Notes under the pieces: generated by a model
Seen by the model: the letters and a program-made list of their open reading frames with translations, nothing else
Databases searched by the model: none
Told to the model about the DNA's origin: nothing
Part shown: positions 10,176 through 20,698 of the stretch, one piece after another
Numbering within the stretch: the first letter of the stretch is position 1
How the letters are laid out: every line of letters begins with the position of its first letter
Source: Escherichia coli
GTDB taxonomy: Bacteria > Pseudomonadota > Gammaproteobacteria > Enterobacterales > Enterobacteriaceae
Strand: one strand, 5' to 3'
NCBI RefSeq assembly: GCF_013122565.1
Contig: NZ_CP053258.1
DNA: 64,000 nucleotides
Program-made: the position numbers and the translations under genes

Positions 10176-11189
10176 TCACCTCTCCTCAACCAGCGGCACC
10201 ATCACATCACGCGACCAGGAAACCATCACCTGTTGTCCGGGCGTGAGCGTGGAAGGCAGTTCTTCGCCTGTCATATTGGCCTGACTCACCAGCAGTTTTT
10301 CACCGCCGTTCAGTCTCAGTTCAAAACGGGTCGCCGCGCCCTGATACTGCACCGCCTGGATCGTGCCATTAGCCTGCACTTCGCCGGGGATGTTGAAGCG
10401 GATATGTTCCGGTCGCAGGGCGAAGCTTCCCGTCATGCCACAAAGTTTGTCTGCCATCAGTGCATCAAAAACATTCGATGTCCCGACGAACCCGGCAACA
10501 AACGGCGTGCGCGGGCGCATATAGAGATCGCGCGGGGAATCGACCTGTTCAATGCGTCCATTATTGAAAACCGCCACACGATCGGACATCGATAACGCTT
10601 CGCCCTGATCGTGGGTAACGAAGATAAAAGTGATACCGAGAGACTGTTGCAGCTTTTTCAGTTCCAGCTGCATCTGCTCACGCAATTTGAGATCCAGTGC
10701 GCCGAGCGGTTCATCCAACAGCAATACGCGCGGTTCATTCACCAATGCTCTGGCGATAGCAACCCGCTGGCGCTGACCACCAGAAAGTTGTGACGGTTTG
10801 CGTTGCTGAACAAAACCCAGCGCCACTTTCTCCAGCGCCTCTTGCGCCATTGCGTGCCGCTGCTTTTTATTCACGCCTTTGACCATCAGCCCGTAGCCTA
10901 CGTTGTCAAGAATCGACATATGCGGAAAAAGCGCGTAGTCCTGAAAGACGGTATTCACGTCCCGCTCCCACGGTGGCAGATTGCTGGCGGGTTTACCAAA
11001 GATAGAGATAGCCCCGCTGGAAAGCTGTTCGAAGCCAGCAATCAGGCGTAGGCAGGTGGTTTTGCCGGAGCCGGACGGCCCCAGCATAGAGAAGAACTCA
11101 CCATCTTTTATCGCAATACTGACGCCATCTACTGCGCGCACGTCACCGTACAACCGCGAGACGTTGTCAAACTCCACTGCGTACGTCAT
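10176..11189 (-). CDS. ydcT: ABC transporter ATP-binding protein YdcT (PotA-like)
   Basis: 337-aa ORF with Walker A GPSGSGKTT, signature LSGGQRQR and Walker B LLLDEP. Confidence 0.9.
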   Translation of the reverse strand: MTYAVEFDNVSRLYGDVRAVDGVSIAIKDGEFFSMLGPSGSGKTTCLRLIAGFEQLSSGAISIFGKPASNLPPWERDVNTVFQDYALFPHMSILDNVGYGLMVKGVNKKQRHAMAQEALEKVALGFVQQRKPSQLSGGQRQRVAIARALVNEPRVLLLDEPLGALDLKLREQMQLELKKLQQSLGITFIFVTHDQGEALSMSDRVAVFNNGRIEQVDSPRDLYMRPRTPFVAGFVGTSNVFDALMADKLCGMTGSFALRPEHIRFNIPGEVQANGTIQAVQYQGAATRFELRLNGGEKLLVSQANMTGEELPSTLTPGQQVMVSWSRDVMVPLVEER

Positions 11190-11206
11190 AAAGCACCCCA
11201 GCGAAG

Positions 11207-12352
11207 TTAGCGACCGCCCATAATGGCAATGTAATCCTGCGTCCAGCGACTGTAGGGAACAAACTTGCCCCCTTCTGCTATAGGCGTTTTCCAGAAGGCG
11301 ATTTTATCGAAATAGTTAAAACCGTTTGTTTCACACCCTTTCTCGCCTAATAACGGACTGGCTTTACATCCTTCCGGCACTACCGGTAACGAGCCAAACC
11401 AGGCCGCCACATCGCCCTGCACTTTTGGCGTTAATGACCAGTTCATCCATTTGTAGGCGCAAACCGGATGTTTCGCTTCGCTATGCAGCATGGTGGTATC
11501 AGCCCAACCGGTAACGCCCTCCTTCGGGAAAACGGTAGCAACAGGCTGGCCTTCGGCTTTCAGGGCGTTGGCCTGATAGGGCCATGCACTGGAAGCAACC
11601 ACACCCTCGTTTTTGAAATCGCTCATTTGCACGGTAGTGTCATGCCAGTAGCGATGGATCAAACTATGTTGATCGCGCAGCACTTTCAGCACCGACTGGT
11701 ACTGTTCTTCGGTGAGTTGATACGGATCGCTGATGCCCAACTGCGGCTGAGTGGCTTTAACGAACAACGCAGCGTCCGCAATGTAGATAGGGCCATCATA
11801 AGCCTGGACGCGGCCTTTATTGCTCTTGCCGTCCGGCAGATTCTGCTCAACAAAAACCACTTGCCAGCTATCCGGCGGCGTCGGGAAGGTTTTAGTGTTG
11901 TACATCAGCAGGTTCGGCCCCCATTGGTAAGGTGTGCCGTAAACTTTGCCGCCAACGTTAAACCAGTCGCCTTTAACCACGCGCGGATCGAGCGTTTTCC
12001 AGTTGGGAATCAAGGCGGTATTAATCGGCTGCACGCGTTTGCCCATAATCAAACGCAGCGAGGCATCGCCAGATGCCGTAACCAGATCGTAACCCCCTTT
12101 GGCCATCAGACTGACCATTTCATCGGAAGTCGCCGCAGTTTTCACATTCACCGCGCAACCTGTTTCTTTTTCAAATTGCGTCACCCAGTCGTATTGTTTA
12201 TCGGTTTGTCCGCGTTCGATGTATCCCGGCCAGGCGATAATATCCAGTCGCCCTTCCGGTTTATCTAAATTGGTAGGCGGTTCGGCGGCGTGAGCGGTCA
12301 TTATTGTCATGCTGAGCGCACACAGGCTGCTGCGGGCAAATGTCTTGCTCAT
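11207..12352 (-). CDS. ydcS: Periplasmic substrate-binding protein YdcS (polyamine-binding family)
   Basis: 381-aa ORF with an N-terminal signal peptide (MSKTFARSSLCALSMTIMTAHAA); first gene of the transporter cluster. Confidence 0.85.
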   Translation of the reverse strand: MSKTFARSSLCALSMTIMTAHAAEPPTNLDKPEGRLDIIAWPGYIERGQTDKQYDWVTQFEKETGCAVNVKTAATSDEMVSLMAKGGYDLVTASGDASLRLIMGKRVQPINTALIPNWKTLDPRVVKGDWFNVGGKVYGTPYQWGPNLLMYNTKTFPTPPDSWQVVFVEQNLPDGKSNKGRVQAYDGPIYIADAALFVKATQPQLGISDPYQLTEEQYQSVLKVLRDQHSLIHRYWHDTTVQMSDFKNEGVVASSAWPYQANALKAEGQPVATVFPKEGVTGWADTTMLHSEAKHPVCAYKWMNWSLTPKVQGDVAAWFGSLPVVPEGCKASPLLGEKGCETNGFNYFDKIAFWKTPIAEGGKFVPYSRWTQDYIAIMGGR

Positions 12353-12596
12353 AAGGTCTTACTCCTGTCGTAATTAATTGTTCAGCCGCCGTGCCGTAAA
12401 AATATCTCCTTGTTTAACCATAGACGGCGGCTTGCAGGCACACCTTCGCCCCTGAGAAAATTTAATCAGGTTGTGAGCTACCGCGCATTATGCCGTCTGT
12501 AAGGTTATCTTCTGGAGTATAGTCAAGGAGTTAGGAAATATGACTGCTATTCGAAATTCATATTACCCAATCTAAGAGGAATTAAATTAAACGCTA

Positions 12597-14003
12597 TTAC
12601 AGCCGTTCTTGAATAAGTTTGCCTAATTGTTTTACCGCCTGTTCTTCACGTTCTCCCCACTGCCACGCGGTATTAAAACGAAAAAAACGTGACCAGTTTT
12701 CACCGGTAGAAAACATTTTACCCGGCGCAATACTGATATGATGCGTCAGTGCCGCCAGGCTTAATTCGCCGGCATCTAACGGCTCGGGGAGCTCCAGCCA
12801 GAGAAAATAACCGCTGTCATTATGATGAATTTTCACTTCCGCAGGCAGATAACGCAGCAGTGCCTGCCAGGCACGTTGTTTACGTTCCGCAAGCTGGCGA
12901 CGCAGGCGACGAAGATGGGCGTCGTATCGGCGCGTGGAAAGGTAATCCACCAGCGCAAGCTGCATCGGTGAGCTGGTGGAAAGCGTACTCATCAACTGCA
13001 ATCGTTGAATTTTACGTGCATGTTTTCCGGCGGCGACCCAACCAATACGAAAACCAGGCACCAGACATTTCGAAAACGAAGAGCAATGCAAAACGCCATC
13101 GTGGCGATCCCACGCTTTCGCAGGCAGCGGTTTTTCCCGTCCAAAATAAAGTTCGCTGTAAACGTCATCTTCAATCAGCGTTACGTTGTACTGATTGAGC
13201 AACGCCACCAGTTGTGCTTTTTTTTGTGGCGTTAAGGTAAATCCGAGTGGATTCTGGCTATTAGTCATCAGCCAGCACGCTTTCACCGGATACTCCTGCA
13301 ACGCCAGTTCCAGCGCCTGAAGATCGATCCCTTCTTTAACATCCGTCGCCACCGATAACGCCTTCAGCCGTAGCCGCTCCAGCGCCTGCAACGCGCCGTA
13401 GAAACAAGGATTCTCTACTATCACCCAATCGCCCGGTTCAGTTACCGCTTGCAAACTGAGGTTTAATGCCTCTAACGCCCCGGCAGTAATGACAATTTCA
13501 TCAGGAGAAATGGTGATGCCCTGTAAGGCATAGCGACGGGCAATAGCCTGACGCAGTTCTGCGTTTCCTGGCGGCAAGTTTTCAATCACGCTCATCGCCG
13601 TGGCGGTTTTGCTTACCTGCGCCAGCGAGCGGTTTAGTTGTTGGAGGGGGAAAAGTCGCGGGTCGGGAAAGGCCGAGGCAAACGGAACTACCGACGGATC
13701 GCGACTGGCCTGCAACATATCAAAAATATAGGTGTTGATATCGACTGCTTCATCTCGAGTGACTGGAATGACTGGCGCTTTCGGCATTTTTATTGCCTGT
13801 GGCGCAACGTAATAACCCGACTGCGGTCGCGCGATAATATGTCCCTGACTTTCGAGCAACTGATAGGCATGGCTGACAGTCATAAAGCTCATGCCAGAAA
13901 GCGCCACCTGGTCACGCAACGAAGGCAAACGATCGCCGGATTGCCAGATACCAGACGCAATCTGTTCGCGTAATTGTTCTGCAAGCTGCTGATATTTTTT
14001 CAT
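12597..14003 (-). CDS. ydcR: MocR/GabR-type regulator YdcR (GntR HTH fused to a PLP aminotransferase-like domain)
   Basis: 468-aa ORF; N-terminal wHTH region, long aminotransferase-fold C-terminus containing SFSKCLVPGFRIGW (PLP-lysine region). Confidence 0.85.
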   Translation of the reverse strand: MKKYQQLAEQLREQIASGIWQSGDRLPSLRDQVALSGMSFMTVSHAYQLLESQGHIIARPQSGYYVAPQAIKMPKAPVIPVTRDEAVDINTYIFDMLQASRDPSVVPFASAFPDPRLFPLQQLNRSLAQVSKTATAMSVIENLPPGNAELRQAIARRYALQGITISPDEIVITAGALEALNLSLQAVTEPGDWVIVENPCFYGALQALERLRLKALSVATDVKEGIDLQALELALQEYPVKACWLMTNSQNPLGFTLTPQKKAQLVALLNQYNVTLIEDDVYSELYFGREKPLPAKAWDRHDGVLHCSSFSKCLVPGFRIGWVAAGKHARKIQRLQLMSTLSTSSPMQLALVDYLSTRRYDAHLRRLRRQLAERKQRAWQALLRYLPAEVKIHHNDSGYFLWLELPEPLDAGELSLAALTHHISIAPGKMFSTGENWSRFFRFNTAWQWGEREEQAVKQLGKLIQERL

Positions 14004-14081
14004 TATCGAATCGTAATTATGTGCAGATGATTCGGCAGTCTATATCAGTTGTTAAAAATGACAACTTTTCATTAACTGTTA

Positions 14082-14498
<417 letters not shown>

Positions 14499-14543
14499 AA
14501 TTTCGACTGTCTCTCGCATGTCATTAACCTTTTTAATTGGCGA

Positions 14544-14720
14544 TTAACTCAAACCGAGTTGTTTCTGGATTGCTTTACGCAATGGTTCTTTAATCTCATC
14601 GCAGGGGTGACGCGGCATGACACTGCGCATCCCATGAAACCTGACTTTCAAATGGTTGCTGCCATTCGCTACATCGACGCCCTGAGATTCGAGCCAACGT
14701 CTGAACTCGCTTTGTTTCAC
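14544..14720 (-). CDS. hicA: HicA mRNA-interferase toxin (58 aa, GTG start)
   Basis: Not in the ORF track. Hand translation of the minus strand from GTG: (M)KQSEFRRWLESQGVDVANGSNHLKVRFHGMRSVMPRHPCDEIKEPLRKAIQKQLGLS then stop. Confidence 0.75.
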   Translation of the reverse strand: MKQSEFRRWLESQGVDVANGSNHLKVRFHGMRSVMPRHPCDEIKEPLRKAIQKQLGLS

Positions 14721-14941
14721 ATCGCCTCCCTGCCGCTGAGTATATCAACAAAGTAAACATTAGTGTTTACCTCCGTGTGTAATTTGCTCGAAAATAGCAC
14801 TAAATTGCCGCAACGGCAGAATGCAATGCAAAATCAGGAAGGAAGATTCCAGAATTTCTTTGCGCTAATTTGCAAAACTGAATAATAACCTCAAGAAACG
14901 ATCGGCATCATAGCGGCAAAAGGTAAGAAAAAGGTGGCAGG

Positions 14942-15172
14942 ATGTTTACGAAGGCGTTATCGGTTGTCTTATTAACGTGTGCGCTGTTCTCAGGACAACT
15001 CATGGCAGGGCACAAAGGACATGAATTTGTGTGGGTAAAGAATGTGGATCATCAGCTGCGTCATGAAGCGGACAGCGATGAATTGCGTGCTGTGGCGGAA
15101 GAGTCGGCGGAAGGTTTGCGCGAGCATTTTTACTGGCAAAAATCGCGCAAACCAGAAGCGGGACAACGTTGA
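14942..15172 (+). CDS. yncJ: Small secreted protein YncJ (76 aa)
   Basis: ORF with signal peptide MFTKALSVVLLTCALFSGQLMA; matches YncJ in size and position. Confidence 0.8.
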   Translation: MFTKALSVVLLTCALFSGQLMAGHKGHEFVWVKNVDHQLRHEADSDELRAVAEESAEGLREHFYWQKSRKPEAGQR

Positions 15173-15180
15173 GTCGTTTG

Positions 15181-15215
15181 ATGCCGGATGCGGCGTAACG
15201 CCTTACCCGGCAGGC
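15181..15215. repeat. REP (repetitive extragenic palindrome) element
   Basis: tgccggatgcggcgtaacgccttacccggcaggc matches the canonical REP core (GCCGGATGCGGCGTNAACGCCTTATCCGGC) between convergent yncJ and ydcP. Confidence 0.7.
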
Positions 15216-15263
15216 AATATCATGCAGATTCAATAAGTTGTGAGTAACCAGAAAACTGGCGTT

Positions 15264-17225
15264 TTACCCTTTTCGCTTCGGCAATGTTTTCAGCAGCTCA
15301 TCCGGACTTACGGATGCCACTACGCTTCCCGGTAACGGCATTTTCAGTATGTGATTTTTGATTTTGCCAATGACGTGCATCTCGCATGGGCGGCAATCAA
15401 ACTTTAGCGTTAATACTTCATCGCCGTTAACCAGTTGCATTGGCGTCGCCTTCCAGCTTTTGATATTGCCTTTCGCCTGTTTCGGGCACAGATTAAAGGC
15501 AAAGCGCAGACAATGCTTGGTGATCATCACCGGGACTTCGCCCTTCTCTTCATGTGCCTCATACGCCGCGTCAATCAGCTGCACACCATAGCGATGATAA
15601 AATTCACGCGCTTTCTGGTTGTAAACGTTCGCGAGGAAACTCAGATGCGTTTGCGGATAAACCGGCGCAGGATCAGCAACCGGTTTACGGCTGCCGCGCT
15701 GGTAACTGGCAAGACGTGCAGCATCCAGCATGTCGGCGGCTTCGCGGCGGAACTGGTTTAACAGACTGTTTGGTACAAACAGCGCACCCGGCAAATTAAT
15801 TTGCACATCGCGGGCGTAATAGAGGGTTTGACCCAGTTTTGCAAGGCCATCCTTTAGATTGTTCATTGCTTTTTCGGCGTTATTGGCTTCGTCGAACTGC
15901 CCGTCCAGCGTATGCGTGATGCTGACACCCTCTTCACTGGTGAGGGTCAGAATCAGTTGTTCCTGCCAGCCGCCCAGTTCAATGTCTACCGCCACCCGAC
16001 GTTCGCTGGAGGTTTTTGTCAGTGCCTGCTGCCAGTTATGATCAAGATTACGGTTTAGTGGGTGATGCGGGCGAATTTTGTGCAAATCTGCTGGCATTTC
16101 ATTGGGCCAGACGCGGTACTGATTTTCTCCGGTTTTCTCGACCGTATTGGCACGAAAACCGACGACTTCACGTTTAATCAACACGTTCAGGCCATCGCCA
16201 TTTGCCAGTGGCTCGGTAACGGCAACATCGAGATGATCTTTCGCCACTTTCACTACTTCACCTACCGGCAGGCCGATAAATTTCGGCGAATCGAACGCGC
16301 CAATATCGCCTTTACGGGCATTCACAAAATAATCTGTGCTACCACGGTGGAAAGTCTTTTCCGTCGATGGAACAAAGAAATGTTCAGTACGACCTGATGA
16401 AGCGCGCGCCAGATCGCCACGTTCTTCAATAATGGCATCAAGCATCTGGCGATAATGGGCGGTGATATTCTTCACGTAGCTCATATCTTTGTAACGCCCT
16501 TCAATCTTGAAGGAACGTACGCCAGCATCAATCAGCGCGCCGAGGTTGGCAGTCTGATCGTTATCTTTCATCGACAGCAGATGTTTTTCATAGGAAACCA
16601 CCCGCCCCTGATCGTCTTTCAATGTGTATGGCAAACGGCACGCTTGCGAGCAATCGCCACGGTTGGCGCTACGCCCTGTTTGCGCATGAGAAATGTAGCA
16701 CTGACCCGAATAGGCCACGCACAGTGCGCCATGAATAAAGAATTCAATGGTCGCGTCCGTGGCCTGGTGAATCGCGCGGATCTGATCAAGATTCAGCTCT
16801 CGCGCCAGCACAATCTGCGTGAAGCCAACATCAGAGAGGAACTTCGCTTTTTCTACTGTACGAATGTCGCACTGCGTACTGGCGTGCAGTTCAATCGGCG
16901 GAATATCAAGTTCCAGAATCCCCATATCCTGAACAATCAGCGCATCGACGCCGGTCTGGTAGAGGTCGGTAATCAACCGTTGCGCGGGTTCCAGCTCATC
17001 ATCATGCAAAATGGTGTTAAGCGTGACGAAAATTTTTGCACCATAACGATGGGCAAACGGCACCAACTCGGCAATATCTTTCAGGCTATTACTGGCATTA
17101 TGACGGGCACCAAAACCAGGGCCGCCGATATAAACAGCATCGGCACCGTGCAAAATAGCTTCGCGGGCAATGGCGGCATCGCGTGCCGGGCTTAACAGTT
17201 CAAGTCGATGAGAAGATACGGTCAC
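15264..17225 (-). CDS. rlhA: Peptidase U32-family protein YdcP / RlhA (23S rRNA 5-hydroxycytidine synthesis)
   Basis: ORF 15264..17267 trimmed to a GTG start (VTVSSHRLELLSPARD) to give 653 aa; U32-family features with several conserved cysteines. Confidence 0.8.
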   Translation of the reverse strand: MTVSSHRLELLSPARDAAIAREAILHGADAVYIGGPGFGARHNASNSLKDIAELVPFAHRYGAKIFVTLNTILHDDELEPAQRLITDLYQTGVDALIVQDMGILELDIPPIELHASTQCDIRTVEKAKFLSDVGFTQIVLARELNLDQIRAIHQATDATIEFFIHGALCVAYSGQCYISHAQTGRSANRGDCSQACRLPYTLKDDQGRVVSYEKHLLSMKDNDQTANLGALIDAGVRSFKIEGRYKDMSYVKNITAHYRQMLDAIIEERGDLARASSGRTEHFFVPSTEKTFHRGSTDYFVNARKGDIGAFDSPKFIGLPVGEVVKVAKDHLDVAVTEPLANGDGLNVLIKREVVGFRANTVEKTGENQYRVWPNEMPADLHKIRPHHPLNRNLDHNWQQALTKTSSERRVAVDIELGGWQEQLILTLTSEEGVSITHTLDGQFDEANNAEKAMNNLKDGLAKLGQTLYYARDVQINLPGALFVPNSLLNQFRREAADMLDAARLASYQRGSRKPVADPAPVYPQTHLSFLANVYNQKAREFYHRYGVQLIDAAYEAHEEKGEVPVMITKHCLRFAFNLCPKQAKGNIKSWKATPMQLVNGDEVLTLKFDCRPCEMHVIGKIKNHILKMPLPGSVVASVSPDELLKTLPKRKG

Positions 17226-17297
17226 ATTCTTATCCAGTAGCTGAAAAATGGCGGCTATTTTAGCCACAAGCGCGACGTTGCGAAATAGTTTTCCCGC

Positions 17298-17834
17298 TTA
17301 ACTGCGCGGGTAATGGATGAGGGAATGAAAATGTACGGTTTGCTCCCCACCATTACGATAGACATGCGTGACGTCTGCAGCAAATCGAACGCCTTCCCCA
17401 CAATTAAGGCTCTGCCATTCACCATCAACGCACAGATCAAGTTGTCCATCAATGACGACGACATGTTCGATTACCCCCTTCTCATGGGGCGTCGATTCGC
17501 TTATTGCACCGGGTGCCATCTGAATCGAGAAGTGTTCAAAGCAGAGTTGTGGATCATAAGGAAACAGCGAAATGATCACCATCGCCTGCTGTTGTGGATC
17601 ATAAACTGAAGGCGTAGCGGACTGTGGCGGAGAAATAAATGTCGAAAATGGCACGTTCAACCCAGTGGCAATTTTCCATAATGTCGCGACCGTCGGGCTG
17701 GACTCATTACGCTCAATCTGCCCTAACATCGCTTTAGAAACGCCCGTCGCTTCTGCCAGTCGCGAAAGACTCCAGCCGCGCTGCTGGCGTAGTTGTTTAA
17801 GTGTGGTGGATAAAAAGCGAGCGAGATTTTCCAT
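17298..17834 (-). CDS. sutR: XRE-family HTH plus cupin-domain regulator YdcN (SutR)
   Basis: 178-aa ORF with an N-terminal HTH (LSRLAEATGVSKAMLGQIERNES) and a C-terminal cupin-like fold. Confidence 0.8.
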   Translation of the reverse strand: MENLARFLSTTLKQLRQQRGWSLSRLAEATGVSKAMLGQIERNESSPTVATLWKIATGLNVPFSTFISPPQSATPSVYDPQQQAMVIISLFPYDPQLCFEHFSIQMAPGAISESTPHEKGVIEHVVVIDGQLDLCVDGEWQSLNCGEGVRFAADVTHVYRNGGEQTVHFHSLIHYPRS

Positions 17835-17925
17835 GCGACTCCTCCGGCAAAACGGAAGTTTATCACTTGTGCGTTATAACGGACAAATGCTACGGTGCCT
17901 GTACGCTATAACGCACGAGGTGACT

Positions 17926-19098
17926 ATGCGTCTGTTTTCTGTTCCTCCACCCACGCTACTGGCGGGGTTTCTGGCGGTATTAATTGGCTACGCCAGTTCA
18001 GCGGCAATAATCTGGCAAGCAGCGATTGTCGCCGGAGCCACCACTGCACAAATCTCTGGCTGGATGACGGCGCTGGGGCTGGCAATGGGCGTCAGTACGC
18101 TGACTCTGACATTATGGTATCGCGTACCTGTTCTCACCGCATGGTCAACGCCTGGCGCGGCTTTGTTGGTCACCGGATTGCAGGGACTAACACTTAACGA
18201 AGCCATCGGCGTTTTTATTGTCACCAACGCGTTAATAGTCCTCTGCGGCATAACGGGACTCTTTGCTCGTCTGATGCGCATTATTCCGCACTCGCTTGCG
18301 GCGGCAATGCTTGCCGGGATTTTATTACGCTTTGGTTTACAGGCGTTTGCCAGTCTGGACGGTCAATTTACGTTGTGTGGAAGTATGTTGCTGGTATGGC
18401 TGGCAACCAAGGCCGTTGCGCCGCGCTATGCGGTAATTGCCGCGATGATTATTGGGATCGTGATCGTTATCGCGCAAGGTGACGTTGTCACAACTGATGT
18501 TGTCTTTAAACCCGTTCTCCCCACTTATATTACCCCTGATTTTTCGTTTGCTCACAGCCTGAGCGTTGCACTCCCCCTTTTTCTGGTGACGATGGCATCG
18601 CAAAACGCACCGGGTATCGCAGCAATGAAAGCCGCCGGATATTCAACTCCTGTTTCGCCATTAATTGTATTTACTGGATTGCTGGCACTGTTTTTTTCCC
18701 CTTTCGGCGTTTATTCAGTCGGTATTGCGGCAATCACCGCGGCTATTTGCCAAAGCCCGGAAGCGCATCCGGATAAAGATCAACGTTGGCTGGCAGCTGC
18801 CGTTGCAGGCATTTTCTATTTGCTCGCAGGTCTGTTTGGTAGTGCCATTACCGGGATGATGGCTGCCCTGCCCGTAAGTTGGATCCAGATGCTGGCAGGT
18901 CTGGCGCTGTTGAGTACCATTGGCGGCAGTTTATATCAGGCGCTGCATAATGAGCGTGAGCGCGACGCGGCGGTGGTGGCATTTCTGGTAACGGCAAGTG
19001 GATTGACGCTGGTCGGGATTGGTTCTGCGTTTTGGGGATTAATTGCCGGAGGTGTTTGTTACGTGGTGTTGAATTTAATCGCTGACAGAAACCGATAA
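17926..19098 (+). CDS. ydcO: BenE-family membrane transporter YdcO
   Basis: ORF 17665..19098 trimmed to the internal MRLFSVPPPTLLAGFLAVLIGY start (about 390 aa); polytopic membrane protein. The track ORF start would overlap the divergent ydcN. Confidence 0.8.
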   Translation: MRLFSVPPPTLLAGFLAVLIGYASSAAIIWQAAIVAGATTAQISGWMTALGLAMGVSTLTLTLWYRVPVLTAWSTPGAALLVTGLQGLTLNEAIGVFIVTNALIVLCGITGLFARLMRIIPHSLAAAMLAGILLRFGLQAFASLDGQFTLCGSMLLVWLATKAVAPRYAVIAAMIIGIVIVIAQGDVVTTDVVFKPVLPTYITPDFSFAHSLSVALPLFLVTMASQNAPGIAAMKAAGYSTPVSPLIVFTGLLALFFSPFGVYSVGIAAITAAICQSPEAHPDKDQRWLAAAVAGIFYLLAGLFGSAITGMMAALPVSWIQMLAGLALLSTIGGSLYQALHNERERDAAVVAFLVTASGLTLVGIGSAFWGLIAGGVCYVVLNLIADRNR

Positions 19099-19104
19099 TA
19101 AAAA

Positions 19105-19124
19105 GCGCCATCTAACGATGGCGC
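19105..19124. terminator. Hairpin between convergent ydcO and ydcL
   Basis: gcgccatc / gatggcgc stem with a taac loop, preceded by aaaa on the plus strand (a T-run for the minus-strand ydcL transcript). Confidence 0.6.
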
Positions 19125-19132
19125 GTCTGGAA

Positions 19133-19801
19133 CTACTTTTTGTTAACGTCAAACATGGTGGCATCGGTCGCCATGTCATCAATAACTTGTTTAATATTTT
19201 CGAAAGCCATTGGCGTACTTTCGTTATTCAGGTCTTTACCTTCGCCCTGACGAACGACTTTGATAACCGGTTTATTAGTCGCTGCATCAATCAGCTCACC
19301 TTCAAAATACAAGCGAGTATCCATGGTACGGTGGCCTGTAGCCATTTGCGTCCCCGCAACCACTAATGCAACAGGAACCACTTCATAGAATTGCAGCCCT
19401 TCTTTGCTGGTATCTACACCGGTAATGGCCCCACGGAAAATCAGACTACGCGGCCCCGCGGTGGTAACCAGTGGTTTACGCTGCGCTATCGCTTCTTTCA
19501 TTTCGGTGTTGGTATAGTTCAAAATTTTATCCAGAACTTTCTGCCCTACCTGGGTCGAAGGTTTCGGTACCGGATAATAAGTGATTGGGTTCCAGACGAT
19601 GCTGTCATATTTGCTTTGATCAAAACTCGGGTCTACCCAACGTAAAACCGGTTTACCTGTAGCCGAGGTTGTTTCTTTTAAATCAGAGTAATTGTTTAAA
19701 AAACCAGAATATTTATCTGGCTGGGTGATTTTAGAGGCACAACCAGACAGAGCCAACAAGCCGCATAAAGCTGCAACTTTCGCAAATGATGTGGTACGCA
19801 T
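19133..19801 (-). CDS. ydcL: Lipoprotein YdcL
   Basis: 222-aa ORF with a lipobox (LLALSGC ASK) after the signal peptide. Confidence 0.85.
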   Translation of the reverse strand: MRTTSFAKVAALCGLLALSGCASKITQPDKYSGFLNNYSDLKETTSATGKPVLRWVDPSFDQSKYDSIVWNPITYYPVPKPSTQVGQKVLDKILNYTNTEMKEAIAQRKPLVTTAGPRSLIFRGAITGVDTSKEGLQFYEVVPVALVVAGTQMATGHRTMDTRLYFEGELIDAATNKPVIKVVRQGEGKDLNNESTPMAFENIKQVIDDMATDATMFDVNKK

Positions 19802-20104
19802 GAATAGTTTCCTGAGATGATTATATTACTTTTTAAGTTATAGCAAAAAGCGCCGCTTCGTGTTGTGGCAAAAAAAGTGTTGGTGAAAATAAAATTTTTT
19901 AGCCCCTTTTCAGACGACATAGTCAATGCCGCAAAAGGGGCTAAGTCAATCATCAGTAGTTAAATTTCAGTAAGTTAAGCTGCTAAAAAACTTCGACTAC
20001 TGTGATTAATTTCACATCCCTTCGATAAAAAATATGCTTACCGAAAAGAAGGACAGTAAACCATCTCAGCGTGGGGAATTTTCACGCGCTTTGTTCTTAC
20101 CGGG

Positions 20105-20698
20105 TCATTTTTTACGTGCCAGCATCGTGGCGAAACGCAGTTTAATACGATTACCGTTGGCGTCGGTGCGGTGCAACTCGCCGACGTCTTCATTGTATTT
20201 CACCATCTCCAAGCCTTCGTAATATCGACGTAATTCTCCCTCTTTGAAGGCAAACGGGAAGCCGACGGTACATGGATAATCAGCGGTATCCATCGCCGCC
20301 ACAATCAGGTTGTAACCGCCAGGTTTAGTGCAACGTTGCATATTGGCAATCAGCCCTGGGATGGTTTTAGCCTCAAGGAACATCAGCACCACAGTCGAAA
20401 GAATAAAATCGTACTGTCCAGCAAATGTGAGGTTATTCAGATCAACGACCCGGGTGTGTAAATTATCCAGATTTTCAATAGATTTAATGCGCTCGACGTT
20501 GGCGATACTCATGGCATTTTTATCCCATGCGTCAACATCATAACCATTGGCTGCCAGGTAAAGACTGTTACGACCATTGCCACAGCCCAGATCCAGCGTT
20601 TTACCCGGTTTAACCACTTTCACCGCTTCCAGTACTTCAGAGTGTGTGCGGGTTAATTCATATTTATCAGTAAAATAGTTTTCGTCACGAATGATCAT
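20105..20698 (-). CDS. tehB: Tellurite resistance SAM-dependent methyltransferase TehB
   Basis: 197-aa ORF with the methyltransferase motif I ([15 protein letters not shown]). Confidence 0.9.
   Translation of the reverse strand: MIIRDENYFTDKYELTRTHSEVLEAVKVVKPGKTLDLGCGNGRNSLYLAANGYDVDAWDKNAMSIANVERIKSIENLDNLHTRVVDLNNLTFAGQYDFILSTVVLMFLEAKTIPGLIANMQRCTKPGGYNLIVAAMDTADYPCTVGFPFAFKEGELRRYYEGLEMVKYNEDVGELHRTDANGNRIKLRFATMLARKK

Noticed and set aside
19900-19946. Inverted repeat tagcccctttt ... aaaaggggcta between ydcL and tehB, considered as a possible mobile-element end or remnant
   Set aside because: It is a single 11-bp stem with a 22-nt loop, with no flanking direct repeats or transposase; it is more simply a terminator or regulatory hairpin for tehB/ydcL.
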